Assembly: GCA_023246355.1 (NCBI GenBank) | Contig: JAHFIQ010000005.1 | Span: 3,086 to 67,085, forward strand | Reading direction: 5' to 3' | DNA: 64,000 bases | Origin: Candidatus Uhrbacteria bacterium | GTDB lineage: Bacteria; Patescibacteriota; Patescibacteriia; UBA9934; GWF2-40-263 | Part shown: positions 9,590 to 17,317 of the stretch, one piece after another | How the letters are laid out: each line of letters starts with the position of its first letter | Position numbering within the stretch: position 1 is the first letter of the stretch | Position numbers and translations under genes: made by a program | The notes under the pieces: generated by a model | Databases searched by the model: none | Told to the model about the DNA's origin: nothing | Seen by the model: the letters and a program-made list of their open reading frames with translations, nothing else

Positions 9590-10659
9590 AACATTTTTCA
9601 ACAGCCACCATCCAGATCATGATCCTTGCCATCGTCCTTGGGGCTGGGAGCGGAGTGATTGCCACCGCGCTCACCAACAGCGCCCTGTCCCAATATGCCT
9701 TTGAGTTGTCAAAACTCACCGAGCCGCTGAGGCTCACGCAAGCCCAACCTCGTGCTGTGCCGCAGGGCTACGAAGACGCACTCACGACCCTTCAAACCGA
9801 ATCGCTCAAAGCCGTTGGTTCTGTCTTTTCCTCTGCCATTCCTGCAACCGGATTTTCCACAGAGGCTGCGCTAGGCCCTGTTGTGGCTCTCACCTCAGAC
9901 GGCTGGATGCTTTCTGCATTTGGATCCGTCGCCTCGCAGGTCGCGCTTGGCGATCAGTCCTGTGTGATCGATGATGTGCGTGTCCATGGTTCAGGTCTAT
10001 CTTTTCTCCATTGTGAAACAAGCAACGCGCCAGTCGTTGATCTAGGAGAAGGCTATGATCTTGCTCCGGGGGATCAAGTGTTTGTCGTGGAAGGTCCTGA
10101 GCGTTTCGTGTTTACGAGTGTGAAGTCGCTCACATGGGGAGGGAGTCCTGTACAGGCTTCTGATGAGCCTTCACGTCGCATAGCGCTCAGCTTTGACTCA
10201 ACACTGAAAGCTGGATCACCGGTGTTTAATCTCTCTGGGGAACTGGTTGGTGTGATTGATCCAACTCACGATGAGCCATTGGTGATCCCCTTTGAGCATC
10301 TGGCGATCGCGTTTGAACAAGTGCTGGAAGGTCGTGAAGCATTTTCATCAAGCACGCTTGGAGTCAAGGCGATTGAGCTTTCGCACACCGTTGGGTTGCC
10401 AGAGGATGTCACGCACGGACTCAAGAGTGGTGCGTTGTTATTTGATCGTGGATCCGTGGTCGCCGGAGGCGCTGCGCAAACAGCAGGACTGTTGCGAGGG
10501 GATGTGATTCTTTCCTTTGATGGAGAAACGATCGGAGAGAATCGAACACTCGATGATTTGGTCGCACGTGTCATGCCTGGCGTCGAGGTTGTCTTGGTTG
10601 TGGATCGGGGCGGTGAGAGAATGGAATTCACGGTGACATTGGGGTCTTCGTCTAAGTGA
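9586..10659 (+). CDS. HtrA/DegP-like trypsin-PDZ protein, catalytic residues apparently degenerate
   Basis: LTSDGW, GSPVFNLSGELVGV, PDZ motif AGLLRGDVILSFDG; lacks the TNAHV and GNSGG motifs. Confidence 0.8.
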   Translation: MKHFSTATIQIMILAIVLGAGSGVIATALTNSALSQYAFELSKLTEPLRLTQAQPRAVPQGYEDALTTLQTESLKAVGSVFSSAIPATGFSTEAALGPVVALTSDGWMLSAFGSVASQVALGDQSCVIDDVRVHGSGLSFLHCETSNAPVVDLGEGYDLAPGDQVFVVEGPERFVFTSVKSLTWGGSPVQASDEPSRRIALSFDSTLKAGSPVFNLSGELVGVIDPTHDEPLVIPFEHLAIAFEQVLEGREAFSSSTLGVKAIELSHTVGLPEDVTHGLKSGALLFDRGSVVAGGAAQTAGLLRGDVILSFDGETIGENRTLDDLVARVMPGVEVVLVVDRGGERMEFTVTLGSSSK

Positions 10660-10676
10660 GTTATAATAGTTCTGGT

Positions 10677-11321
10677 ATGAGTCAACCAAATTATCTTCGT
10701 GACATCATGAGCTCCTGGCATTCGGTGGTCATGTTTGGATTGCTTGGTCTTGTGCTTGCGCTCATTGTCTCGTTCGTTCAACCACTTCGCTATTCTTCCA
10801 CCGCGCGATTGCTCATCTTGCAAGATGTGGGTTCAAGTGTGGATGCCTACACTGCCTCGCGTGCTGAGGAACGCATTGCAGATAATCTTTCAACCCTCTT
10901 GTACACGAGCACGTTTTTTGATCAGGTCATGAATGCGGGATTTGATATCGACCAAACGATTTTTCCAGACGACGATTCTAAAGCGAGAAAAGTTTGGGGC
11001 AACATGGTGAACGCGACCGTGGCACGCGGTTCAGGACTGTTATCCGTAACCGCCTATCACCGCGACGTTGATCAGGCTGAACAAATCGTCCGAGCGATTG
11101 CACTGGTCCTCACAGAGCATGTCGATGAGTACACGTCAGGCGGGAGCGTTTCTGTGCGTCTTGTGGACGAGCCGCTGAATTCTCGGTGGCCGGTGAAGCC
11201 GAATATTTTGGTGAATATATTATCTGGGTTTATCCTAGGCGGCTTTGTTGGAATAGGGTTTGTCATGTTGCAAACCCAGCGTATTCGCCGTCGGCATCAG
11301 CTGGTGCATGAAGAATTTTAG
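10677..11321 (+). CDS. Wzz/CpsC-like polysaccharide chain-length determinant
   Basis: N- and C-terminal TMs, P.YSSTARLLI, Pro-rich PVKPNILVN..G...G. Confidence 0.82.
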   Translation: MSQPNYLRDIMSSWHSVVMFGLLGLVLALIVSFVQPLRYSSTARLLILQDVGSSVDAYTASRAEERIADNLSTLLYTSTFFDQVMNAGFDIDQTIFPDDDSKARKVWGNMVNATVARGSGLLSVTAYHRDVDQAEQIVRAIALVLTEHVDEYTSGGSVSVRLVDEPLNSRWPVKPNILVNILSGFILGGFVGIGFVMLQTQRIRRRHQLVHEEF

Positions 11322-11395
11322 GTGGAGCAGGTGGCACAGGTGGATCAGGTGGTTAGATCCACCTTTTCTACCTAGTCCACCTTACCCACCTACCT
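11320..11395. repeat. AGGTGGnnn-nonamer palindromic element, empty form, copy 1
   Basis: AGGTGGAGC AGGTGGCAC AGGTGGATC AGGTGG-TTAGAT-CCACCT then three nnnCC/TACCT units. Confidence 0.85.
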
Positions 11396-11580
11396 AAAAA
11401 GCCCACATTGAGAACCTTCTTACTGGCGGATCGACGCGAGGAGGAGACGCGTGGAGCGCTGTGAGAAGGCCCTCAAAACGGGCTCTTTTTGTTTTCCTTT
11501 GGTTACTCTTGGCCGGCAAAAGGGTACCAAATACGTCAAAAAGCGTCAATTGCCAGCACGGCTTTTCCTGCCAGCCGCTC

Positions 11581-11609
11581 TTGACAAAAATTGCTTCCCG
11601 TGCTATCTT
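11581..11609 (+). promoter_or_regulatory. Sigma70-type promoter
   Basis: TTGACA-17 bp-TATCTT with TG extension. Confidence 0.6.
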
Positions 11610-11648
11610 TGGACGTTCACCGTGAGACAGAAAACCGTGAATTGAAGC

Positions 11649-11760
11649 GGTTTGATGTTCGCTCATGACACCTCCTCCTTGTCGTGACGTGAATATCAGA
11701 CCACTTGAGGCCATGGTCACAGCGAGTTGGATATCAAGATGTCCCACTTGCTGTGACTAT
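11649..11760 (+). ncRNA. Candidate structured RNA (two long hairpins, C-rich loop)
   Basis: Hairpins 11649-11702 and 11713-11760 with several wobble pairs that are G-U only on the + strand; lies downstream of the promoter at 11581. Confidence 0.5.
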
Positions 11761-11806
11761 GCGCTGAGTTCTCTACAACCAGCCTAAGTCAACAATCTGT
11801 GTAGGG

Positions 11807-11883
11807 AGGTGGATAAGGTAGAAGAGGTGGAAAAGGTGGATCTAACCACCTGATCCACCTACTCCACCTACGCCACCTTTCCC
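11807..11883. repeat. AGGTGGnnn-nonamer palindromic element, empty form, copy 2 (inverted relative to copy 1)
   Basis: AGGTGGATA AGGTAGAAG AGGTGGAAA AGGTGG-ATCTAA-CCACCT GATCCACCT ACTCCACCT ACGCCACCT. Confidence 0.85.
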
Positions 11884-12008
11884 AACACACCCGTCGTTCC
11901 CCAGTCAGGGGCCGACGGTTGGGGTCACGCGGCATCCTGCCGAGTGAAGCCCATAAACGGTCCCTGACGGGTGGACAGCCACCCCCTACCCAGCCTGGAG
12001 AAGAAGTC

Positions 12009-13376
12009 ATGCGTATCGTCCTCCTTGCCGGCATTGCCGGCCTCATCAGCAGCTCCGCGTTCGCCGCCAGCCCCCACCCCACCGCGCAGGATGCGGACGG
12101 TGACGGGTCCTTCGTCTCGACCATGGACGTCAACGGCGACGGCGCCAAGGACGCCAAGGACATCGGCGTGAAGGCTTCGGCCTACGACTGCGACGACGGA
12201 CACAAGTCCATCCACCCGGGCGCGACGGAAGTCGTCGGCGACGGGACGGACCAGGACTGCAACGGCTCGGACCTCACCATGCCCGTCACCGACGTGGTCT
12301 GGAAGCGGTTCATCGCCAACGAGTACAAGGGCCGTGCCCCGTCCGTGGCGGTGTTCGCCGCCGAGTACGCCCGGGTCACCGCGGCCAGCTCGCGCATGAG
12401 CATCGACGCGATCGACGGGAAGTTCAAGGTCAGCGATCCGGACGTGGACGCCTTCCGCGACATCTACATCGGAACCTCGAAGGTCCTCGGGACCGACGGC
12501 ATCCGTGAGATCGTCACCCTGGAGGAGGCCTCCCACTTCCGCGGCGGCAGCGCCAGCGGCGGCGGGGGAGTCTCCACGAAGACCGTGATCAAGCTCGCCG
12601 ACAAGAGCGCCGAGAAGGCCGTCAAGGTCGAAACCGAGGCGCGCCTCAAGTGGCAGGTCGAGCGCGAAGGCGAGCTCGCCGGGATCACCCAGGCGGTGAA
12701 CACGCACGGTGAGGACATCGAGAAGAACGCGGAGGCGATCGAAGCCGAAGCCGAGGCGCGAGCCGACGCGGACGAGGTGCAGGATCGCGACATCAAGGCC
12801 GCCAAGGATGCGGCCGACGGCGCGGTCTCGACCGCCAACTCGATGGCGTCCCGTGGCACGTTGATCGAGGGCTATGCCCTCGCCGGCGCGCTCGTGGGTT
12901 CGCCCGTGACCGACGACGACGACTTCGCCCGTCAACCCCTCGGTGGTGGTGTCGGAGCAGGCATCAACATCGGTGCGGATCTCGAGGAGTCCCGAGTGAA
13001 CGCCTTCGTCGACGCCTTCATCGGCGGCGACGGTGGAGCGGGCCCGGCCCACTCCGAGGCCGTCGGGATCGAAATCGTGCCAGACGATGGGATCCTCGGC
13101 ATCGACCGCCTGGGCGGGTTCCTCGCCTACAGCCAGCGTTCGTCGCAGCCCAACGCCCTCGAGACGCAGGTCTTGGGGCGCAACCCGCTCATCGGCATCA
13201 GCTACGTGAGTACGTTCTCCCCGAACGCGAAGAACGGCGCCCACGGACTGTTCCAGGTCCGTCTCGGCGTCGGTCCCGAGTTCCTCGGGATCGCGGGTGA
13301 TCACGTCTCCGACGAAGTCGGAGTCGCGGGTCGCCTGACCATCGCGATCGGCGGCGGCATCGGCGCCCTGAAGTAG
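12009..13376 (+). CDS. Secreted protein: one MopE-related Cys/Asp motif, coiled coil, beta-rich C-terminus
   Basis: Signal peptide MRIVLLAGIAGLISSSAFA; DCDDGHKSIHPGATEVVGDGTDQDCNG; GGAGAAGAA RBS. Confidence 0.85.
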   Translation: MRIVLLAGIAGLISSSAFAASPHPTAQDADGDGSFVSTMDVNGDGAKDAKDIGVKASAYDCDDGHKSIHPGATEVVGDGTDQDCNGSDLTMPVTDVVWKRFIANEYKGRAPSVAVFAAEYARVTAASSRMSIDAIDGKFKVSDPDVDAFRDIYIGTSKVLGTDGIREIVTLEEASHFRGGSASGGGGVSTKTVIKLADKSAEKAVKVETEARLKWQVEREGELAGITQAVNTHGEDIEKNAEAIEAEAEARADADEVQDRDIKAAKDAADGAVSTANSMASRGTLIEGYALAGALVGSPVTDDDDFARQPLGGGVGAGINIGADLEESRVNAFVDAFIGGDGGAGPAHSEAVGIEIVPDDGILGIDRLGGFLAYSQRSSQPNALETQVLGRNPLIGISYVSTFSPNAKNGAHGLFQVRLGVGPEFLGIAGDHVSDEVGVAGRLTIAIGGGIGALK

Positions 13377-13469
13377 CAACAGCTACGACGACTTAGGCTG
13401 GTGATAAATCGTGGCTGACCTCGCCTTCCGCGGAGACACGCAAGCGGTCCACGCCATTCGCTACGCCTA

Positions 13470-13511
13470 GCCGGCTTCCTTGTGAAAACAGGGGAGCCGG
13501 TATTAATTTTT
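13470..13511 (+). terminator. Rho-independent terminator
   Basis: CCGGCTTCCTTGT/ACAGGGGAGCCGG stem followed by a T-rich tract. Confidence 0.55.
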
Positions 13512-13538
13512 GCCTGGTTTTTTGGCTGTTTGAAGCCA

Positions 13539-13567
13539 TTGACAAACTCATCTAAATCTGGTACCTT
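13539..13567 (+). promoter_or_regulatory. Sigma70-type promoter
   Basis: TTGACA-17 bp-TACCTT with TG extension. Confidence 0.55.
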
Positions 13568-13746
13568 AGTCTCTTCGTTCATTGAAACAAAACCCAGCAA
13601 TTCTTACGAAAAGAAGGTTGTAGGTTATAGGGAGTACGGGAAGGAATCGAGAGATTTGTGCGCAGAGATAGACTCTGCTTACAAACCTCTCGATTCCAAC
13701 GGCGCAAACCCGCGCCCGAGGGTCGTCTCACCAAAAGGAGAGGATC

Positions 13747-14490
13747 ATGACCCGTTTCACGCCCTTCACGGTCCTCGTGGCCGCAATGTTTTTCAACGCC
13801 TGCACGCCGATCGACATCGGCGACGACAAGGACGACTGCGACAAGTGCTCGGACACCGACGCGGACACGGACGCCGATGCGGACACGGACGCCGACACCG
13901 ACGCCGATTCCGATTCGGACACCGACGCTGACAGCGGCGACCCGGATCAGGACGGCGACGGCTACAGCACCGAGCCCGACTGCGACGACGCCAACGACGA
14001 CGTCTACCCCGGTGCCGACGAGATCTGCAACGACATCGATGACAACTGCGACGGCCAGATCGACGAGGGATGCGAGGACGACTGGTCCGACTACATCTGG
14101 TCCAGCGGCGACTACGTGTACTTCTCGGACGACGGCTTCTCCGGCGAGATGTACCCCGGGGCGTCGGCCTACATGGTCGGCTACGGCGGTGATCTCGACT
14201 GGACGCTGGACTCGAGCTACAAGGTCTCGCCCTCCAGCGGTGCCTACGCATTCAACACGTCCGGTTGGGACCACGACTGTTACGAGGTGACCTTGGTCTC
14301 CTCGCTCCAGTCCAACGGCTCCGCGGCCACGTCGATCGACAACACCGGCGACTGGTGGGACAACTTCGACCTCTGCGAATCGGAATCCGATACCGCGGAC
14401 TCGTGGTGTTCCTACCAGGGCGGCTACAACTACCTCGTCGCCTTCTGCGTGACCTCCTCGGGGGTCGTGCCGGACGGTGACGGGATCTAG
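13747..14490 (+). CDS. Lipoprotein with (DT/DA)n acidic linker and MopE-related motif
   Basis: Lipobox FNAC; DTDADTDADAD repeats; DCDDANDDVYPGADEICNDIDDNCDG; AAGGAGAGG RBS. Confidence 0.88.
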   Translation: MTRFTPFTVLVAAMFFNACTPIDIGDDKDDCDKCSDTDADTDADADTDADTDADSDSDTDADSGDPDQDGDGYSTEPDCDDANDDVYPGADEICNDIDDNCDGQIDEGCEDDWSDYIWSSGDYVYFSDDGFSGEMYPGASAYMVGYGGDLDWTLDSSYKVSPSSGAYAFNTSGWDHDCYEVTLVSSLQSNGSAATSIDNTGDWWDNFDLCESESDTADSWCSYQGGYNYLVAFCVTSSGVVPDGDGI

Positions 14491-14680
14491 CCTTCCCTCG
14501 CGGTTGGCAACGTCCCTGGATTTCGGGGCGTCCGTAGTAGGTAAGGGTGCTGGGTCCTCCGGTGGTTGCTGATGCGCGGGGTTGTTGGACGAGAACCCGC
14601 GCCCGCACCCATCTCTCACCTCCTGGTTTCGGGGCTCCCTACTTGCTACGGGCGCCCCCATTCCAGGAGGCGTTTTATTT

Positions 14681-15150
14681 TGTGGGGAGGTGGAAGAGGT
14701 GGATTAGGTGGAAGAGGTAGGGCAAGGAGGAAAACGGAGTTTAACTGAAAGACTTGCAAGCATTCTTTGAAGCTCGTAGATGAGCGTCAACAAGTTGTCG
14801 TCGTCCCTTGCATATCCCAATCGCACACAGAGCAAAACTTGAGTATCGAGCTCTGCAAGTGAACCTCGGGCTATGGCAATAAAGTGAGAATAATCCCTTC
14901 GTGTTCCTCTTGACTTTCCTTCGGCTATGTTGGATGGAACTGATATGGCGGAGCGTCTCATTTGAGACACAAGACCAAATCGTTCATCAGCAGGTAAGGT
15001 CTTTGTAAGTTCATAAACTTTCTCAACAATAATCATTGCTTTTTGCCACACAAATAGATCCTTGTATTTGATGTAAGCCATACCTTTTGGTGATTTTACC
15101 ACCTTTCCCTTATTAATCTGATCCACCTAGTCCACCTTTTCCACCTCACA
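14681..15150. mobile_element. AGGTGG-nonamer element, filled form: arms flank a four-helix-bundle gene
   Basis: Left arm AGGTGGAAG AGGTGGATT AGGTGGAAG AGGTAG (14688-14720); right arm ATCCACCT AGTCCACCT TTTCCACCT (15121-15146); the AT-rich interior interrupts the GC-rich island. Mobility is inferred. Confidence 0.55.
14704..15081 (-). CDS. Four-helix-bundle protein (23S rRNA IVP / TIGR02436, bAvd-like fold)
   Basis: YKDLFVWQKAM, LPADERFGLVSQMRRSAISVPSNIAEG, IARGSLAELDTQ signatures; ATG 15081. Confidence 0.93.
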   Translation of the reverse strand: MAYIKYKDLFVWQKAMIIVEKVYELTKTLPADERFGLVSQMRRSAISVPSNIAEGKSRGTRRDYSHFIAIARGSLAELDTQVLLCVRLGYARDDDNLLTLIYELQRMLASLSVKLRFPPCPTSST

Positions 15151-15167
15151 ACCTATGTCCACAACTC

Positions 15168-15196
15168 TTGACAAAATCACTAAAATATGATATAGT
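15168..15196 (+). promoter_or_regulatory. Sigma70-type promoter
   Basis: TTGACA-17 bp-TATAGT with TG extension. Confidence 0.7.
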
Positions 15197-15396
15197 AAGC
15201 CGTTCAATAATGAGCAATAAAGCCTCATTTATTGGGACAAAACACGGTTTTCAACAGGTTAGGAAAGGGTACAGGACTTGTCCGTTTTGAAGCGACAGCA
15301 TAGGCTGATGCGCAAAACGGATACGTCCTGGCCGCCTCGCCCCGAGGTGGTTCAACCCTCCCCGAATGGGGAACCCTGCAACCTGGAGAAGAACCC

Positions 15397-16896
15397 ATGT
15401 CCCGTATCACCCTCCTGGCCCTCGTGGGCCTTTCCGCCGGCTGTGGCTTCGAAGTCGAGCGCGACAACGACTGCAACGAGTGCAGCAACATCGTCCCCGC
15501 CGACGCGGACACCGACACGGACACGGACGCCGACAGCGACGCGGACACCGACACGGACACCGCCGAGCCCACCGAGCCGTACTACGACGCGGATCGCGAC
15601 GGCTACTCGACGCTGCTCGACTGCAACGATGCCGACGCGGCGATCAACCCCACCGCAACCGAGGTCTGCGACAGCGCGGACAACGACTGCGACGGCGAGA
15701 TCGACGAAGGCCTGGCGACCGCGAGCTACTACGTCGACAACGACGGCGACGGCTACGGAGCCGGCGAAGCGGTCGAGTTGTGCGAGGTGCCCGAGTCGGG
15801 CTACAGCTCGGTCAGCGGCGACTGCAATGACGCCGACTCCGCGTTCTACCCCGGCGCCGAGGACGTCCCCGGCGACGGCCTGGACACGGACTGCGACGAC
15901 GAGACCGAGCCTGCGGACACCGAGACCAGCGACGGCGAGGACGACACGACCGGCGACGAGCCGGAAGACGAGTCCGAGACGGACGAGGGTTCCGGGTCCA
16001 CCGAGACCGACGACGGTTCCGACGAGGAGCCCGCGGTCGACGCGGATGCGGACGGCTACAGCGTCGTGAGCGATTGCGACGATTCCGATCCCGCGATCAA
16101 CCCCGGCGCGTCCGAGATCCTCGACAACGAGGTCGACGAGGATTGCGACGGAATCGCCCAGGTCACCCCGACCGAGAACGACGTCGACGGCGACGGTTCG
16201 GAAGTCGGGAGCGACTGCGACGACAGCGACGCCAGCGTCAGCCCCGCGGCCACCGAGGTCTGCGACAGCGTGGACAACGACTGCGACGGCTCGATCGACG
16301 AGGGTGTCACGAGTACGTTCTACGCGGACGTCGATGGCGATGGCTACGGCGGCTCCACCTCGAGTGTGACCGCCTGCTCCGTGTCCAGCGGCTACGTCGG
16401 GAACAGCACCGATTGCGACGACAGCGATGCGAGCGTCAGCCCCGCGGCCACCGAGAGCTTCGACGAGCAGGACAACGACTGCGATTCGGAGATCGACGAG
16501 GACTGGCAGATCGTGGCCGAGGTGACCTACGGGTCCTCCGGCTACTACGTCTTGAACGCGCAGGTGTTCGACGACGTGGACGAGCTCGGCAGCGCGTGGG
16601 ATCCCGAGACCGACACCGAGTCCTCCGGGACCACGGTCGCGATCGAGTACGCCACCGCCGAGTACGGCGACCTGTCCGCCTCCTGCGGGCTGCGCCTGAA
16701 CGTGAGCGAGGGCAACCCCGCCACGGACTGGCTCTGCTCCGGCTCCGCCATCGACACCGCGGCCGCCTCGGTCGACGTGTGGTTCTCCGGCACCTGGTAC
16801 GACGAGAGCGATCTCGTGGTCTGGGACGCCGGTCTCGGGAACGGCTCCTGCTCCGCGCTGCTCGTGGTCTCCACCTCGAGCGACTGCCAGCCCTAG
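15397..16896 (+). CDS. Lipoprotein with five MopE-related Cys/Asp repeats
   Basis: Lipobox SAGC; repeated DC[DN]DxDxx[IV]xPxAxExCDxxDNDCDG. Confidence 0.9.
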   Translation: MSRITLLALVGLSAGCGFEVERDNDCNECSNIVPADADTDTDTDADSDADTDTDTAEPTEPYYDADRDGYSTLLDCNDADAAINPTATEVCDSADNDCDGEIDEGLATASYYVDNDGDGYGAGEAVELCEVPESGYSSVSGDCNDADSAFYPGAEDVPGDGLDTDCDDETEPADTETSDGEDDTTGDEPEDESETDEGSGSTETDDGSDEEPAVDADADGYSVVSDCDDSDPAINPGASEILDNEVDEDCDGIAQVTPTENDVDGDGSEVGSDCDDSDASVSPAATEVCDSVDNDCDGSIDEGVTSTFYADVDGDGYGGSTSSVTACSVSSGYVGNSTDCDDSDASVSPAATESFDEQDNDCDSEIDEDWQIVAEVTYGSSGYYVLNAQVFDDVDELGSAWDPETDTESSGTTVAIEYATAEYGDLSASCGLRLNVSEGNPATDWLCSGSAIDTAAASVDVWFSGTWYDESDLVVWDAGLGNGSCSALLVVSTSSDCQP

Positions 16897-16965
16897 GCTC
16901 GGCAGGCTAGCCCCGCTAGCGACAAACACCACGTTGGTGCTCGTCGTCAGCGGGGTGTTTGTTTT

Positions 16966-17095
16966 AGACACACCTGCAAAACTCGCGATCTTGCGTTTCA
17001 CGGGGCCCCACCACCTCCTCAACGTAGTTTTCACTACGTCTCGGAGGCTGGCTTCCCCGTTCAACGCAATCTCATCGAGTTTTGCAGGTGTGTCT
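16966..17095 (-). repeat. ~125-nt rod-like structured repeat, copy A
   Basis: Reverse complement aligns with copies at 45056-45184 and 49924-50045; terminal stem AGACACACCTGCAAAACTCG/CGAGTTTTGCAGGTGTGTCT. Confidence 0.88.
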
Positions 17096-17317
17096 TGGTC
17101 ATTTTTGGCTATTCTTAGCGGAACCTATTGACAATTCCTGTGTATCATGGTAAAAGAAGCAGTCAAAAACATGGTACTTTGAGCCTGATCGCGAGCTGGC
17201 TTTTGTGGGATCGACCCCCAAAAGCCAGGCCGAGATCTTCCCAATCTCTCACTACCCCGCTCAGGCCTGGGTAAGTCCTTAGCGGGACGAGAGAAAACCC
17301 CCAAGTAGGAGACGAAG

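Noticed and set aside
11320-11883. AGGTGG arrays as a CRISPR array
   Set aside because: Units are 9 bp, there are no unique spacers of about 30 nt, and there are no cas genes in the window
14704-15081. Second DGR Avd or marker of an rRNA intervening sequence
   Set aside because: Motifs match the TIGR02436/IVP subfamily; there is no RT, TR or rRNA nearby
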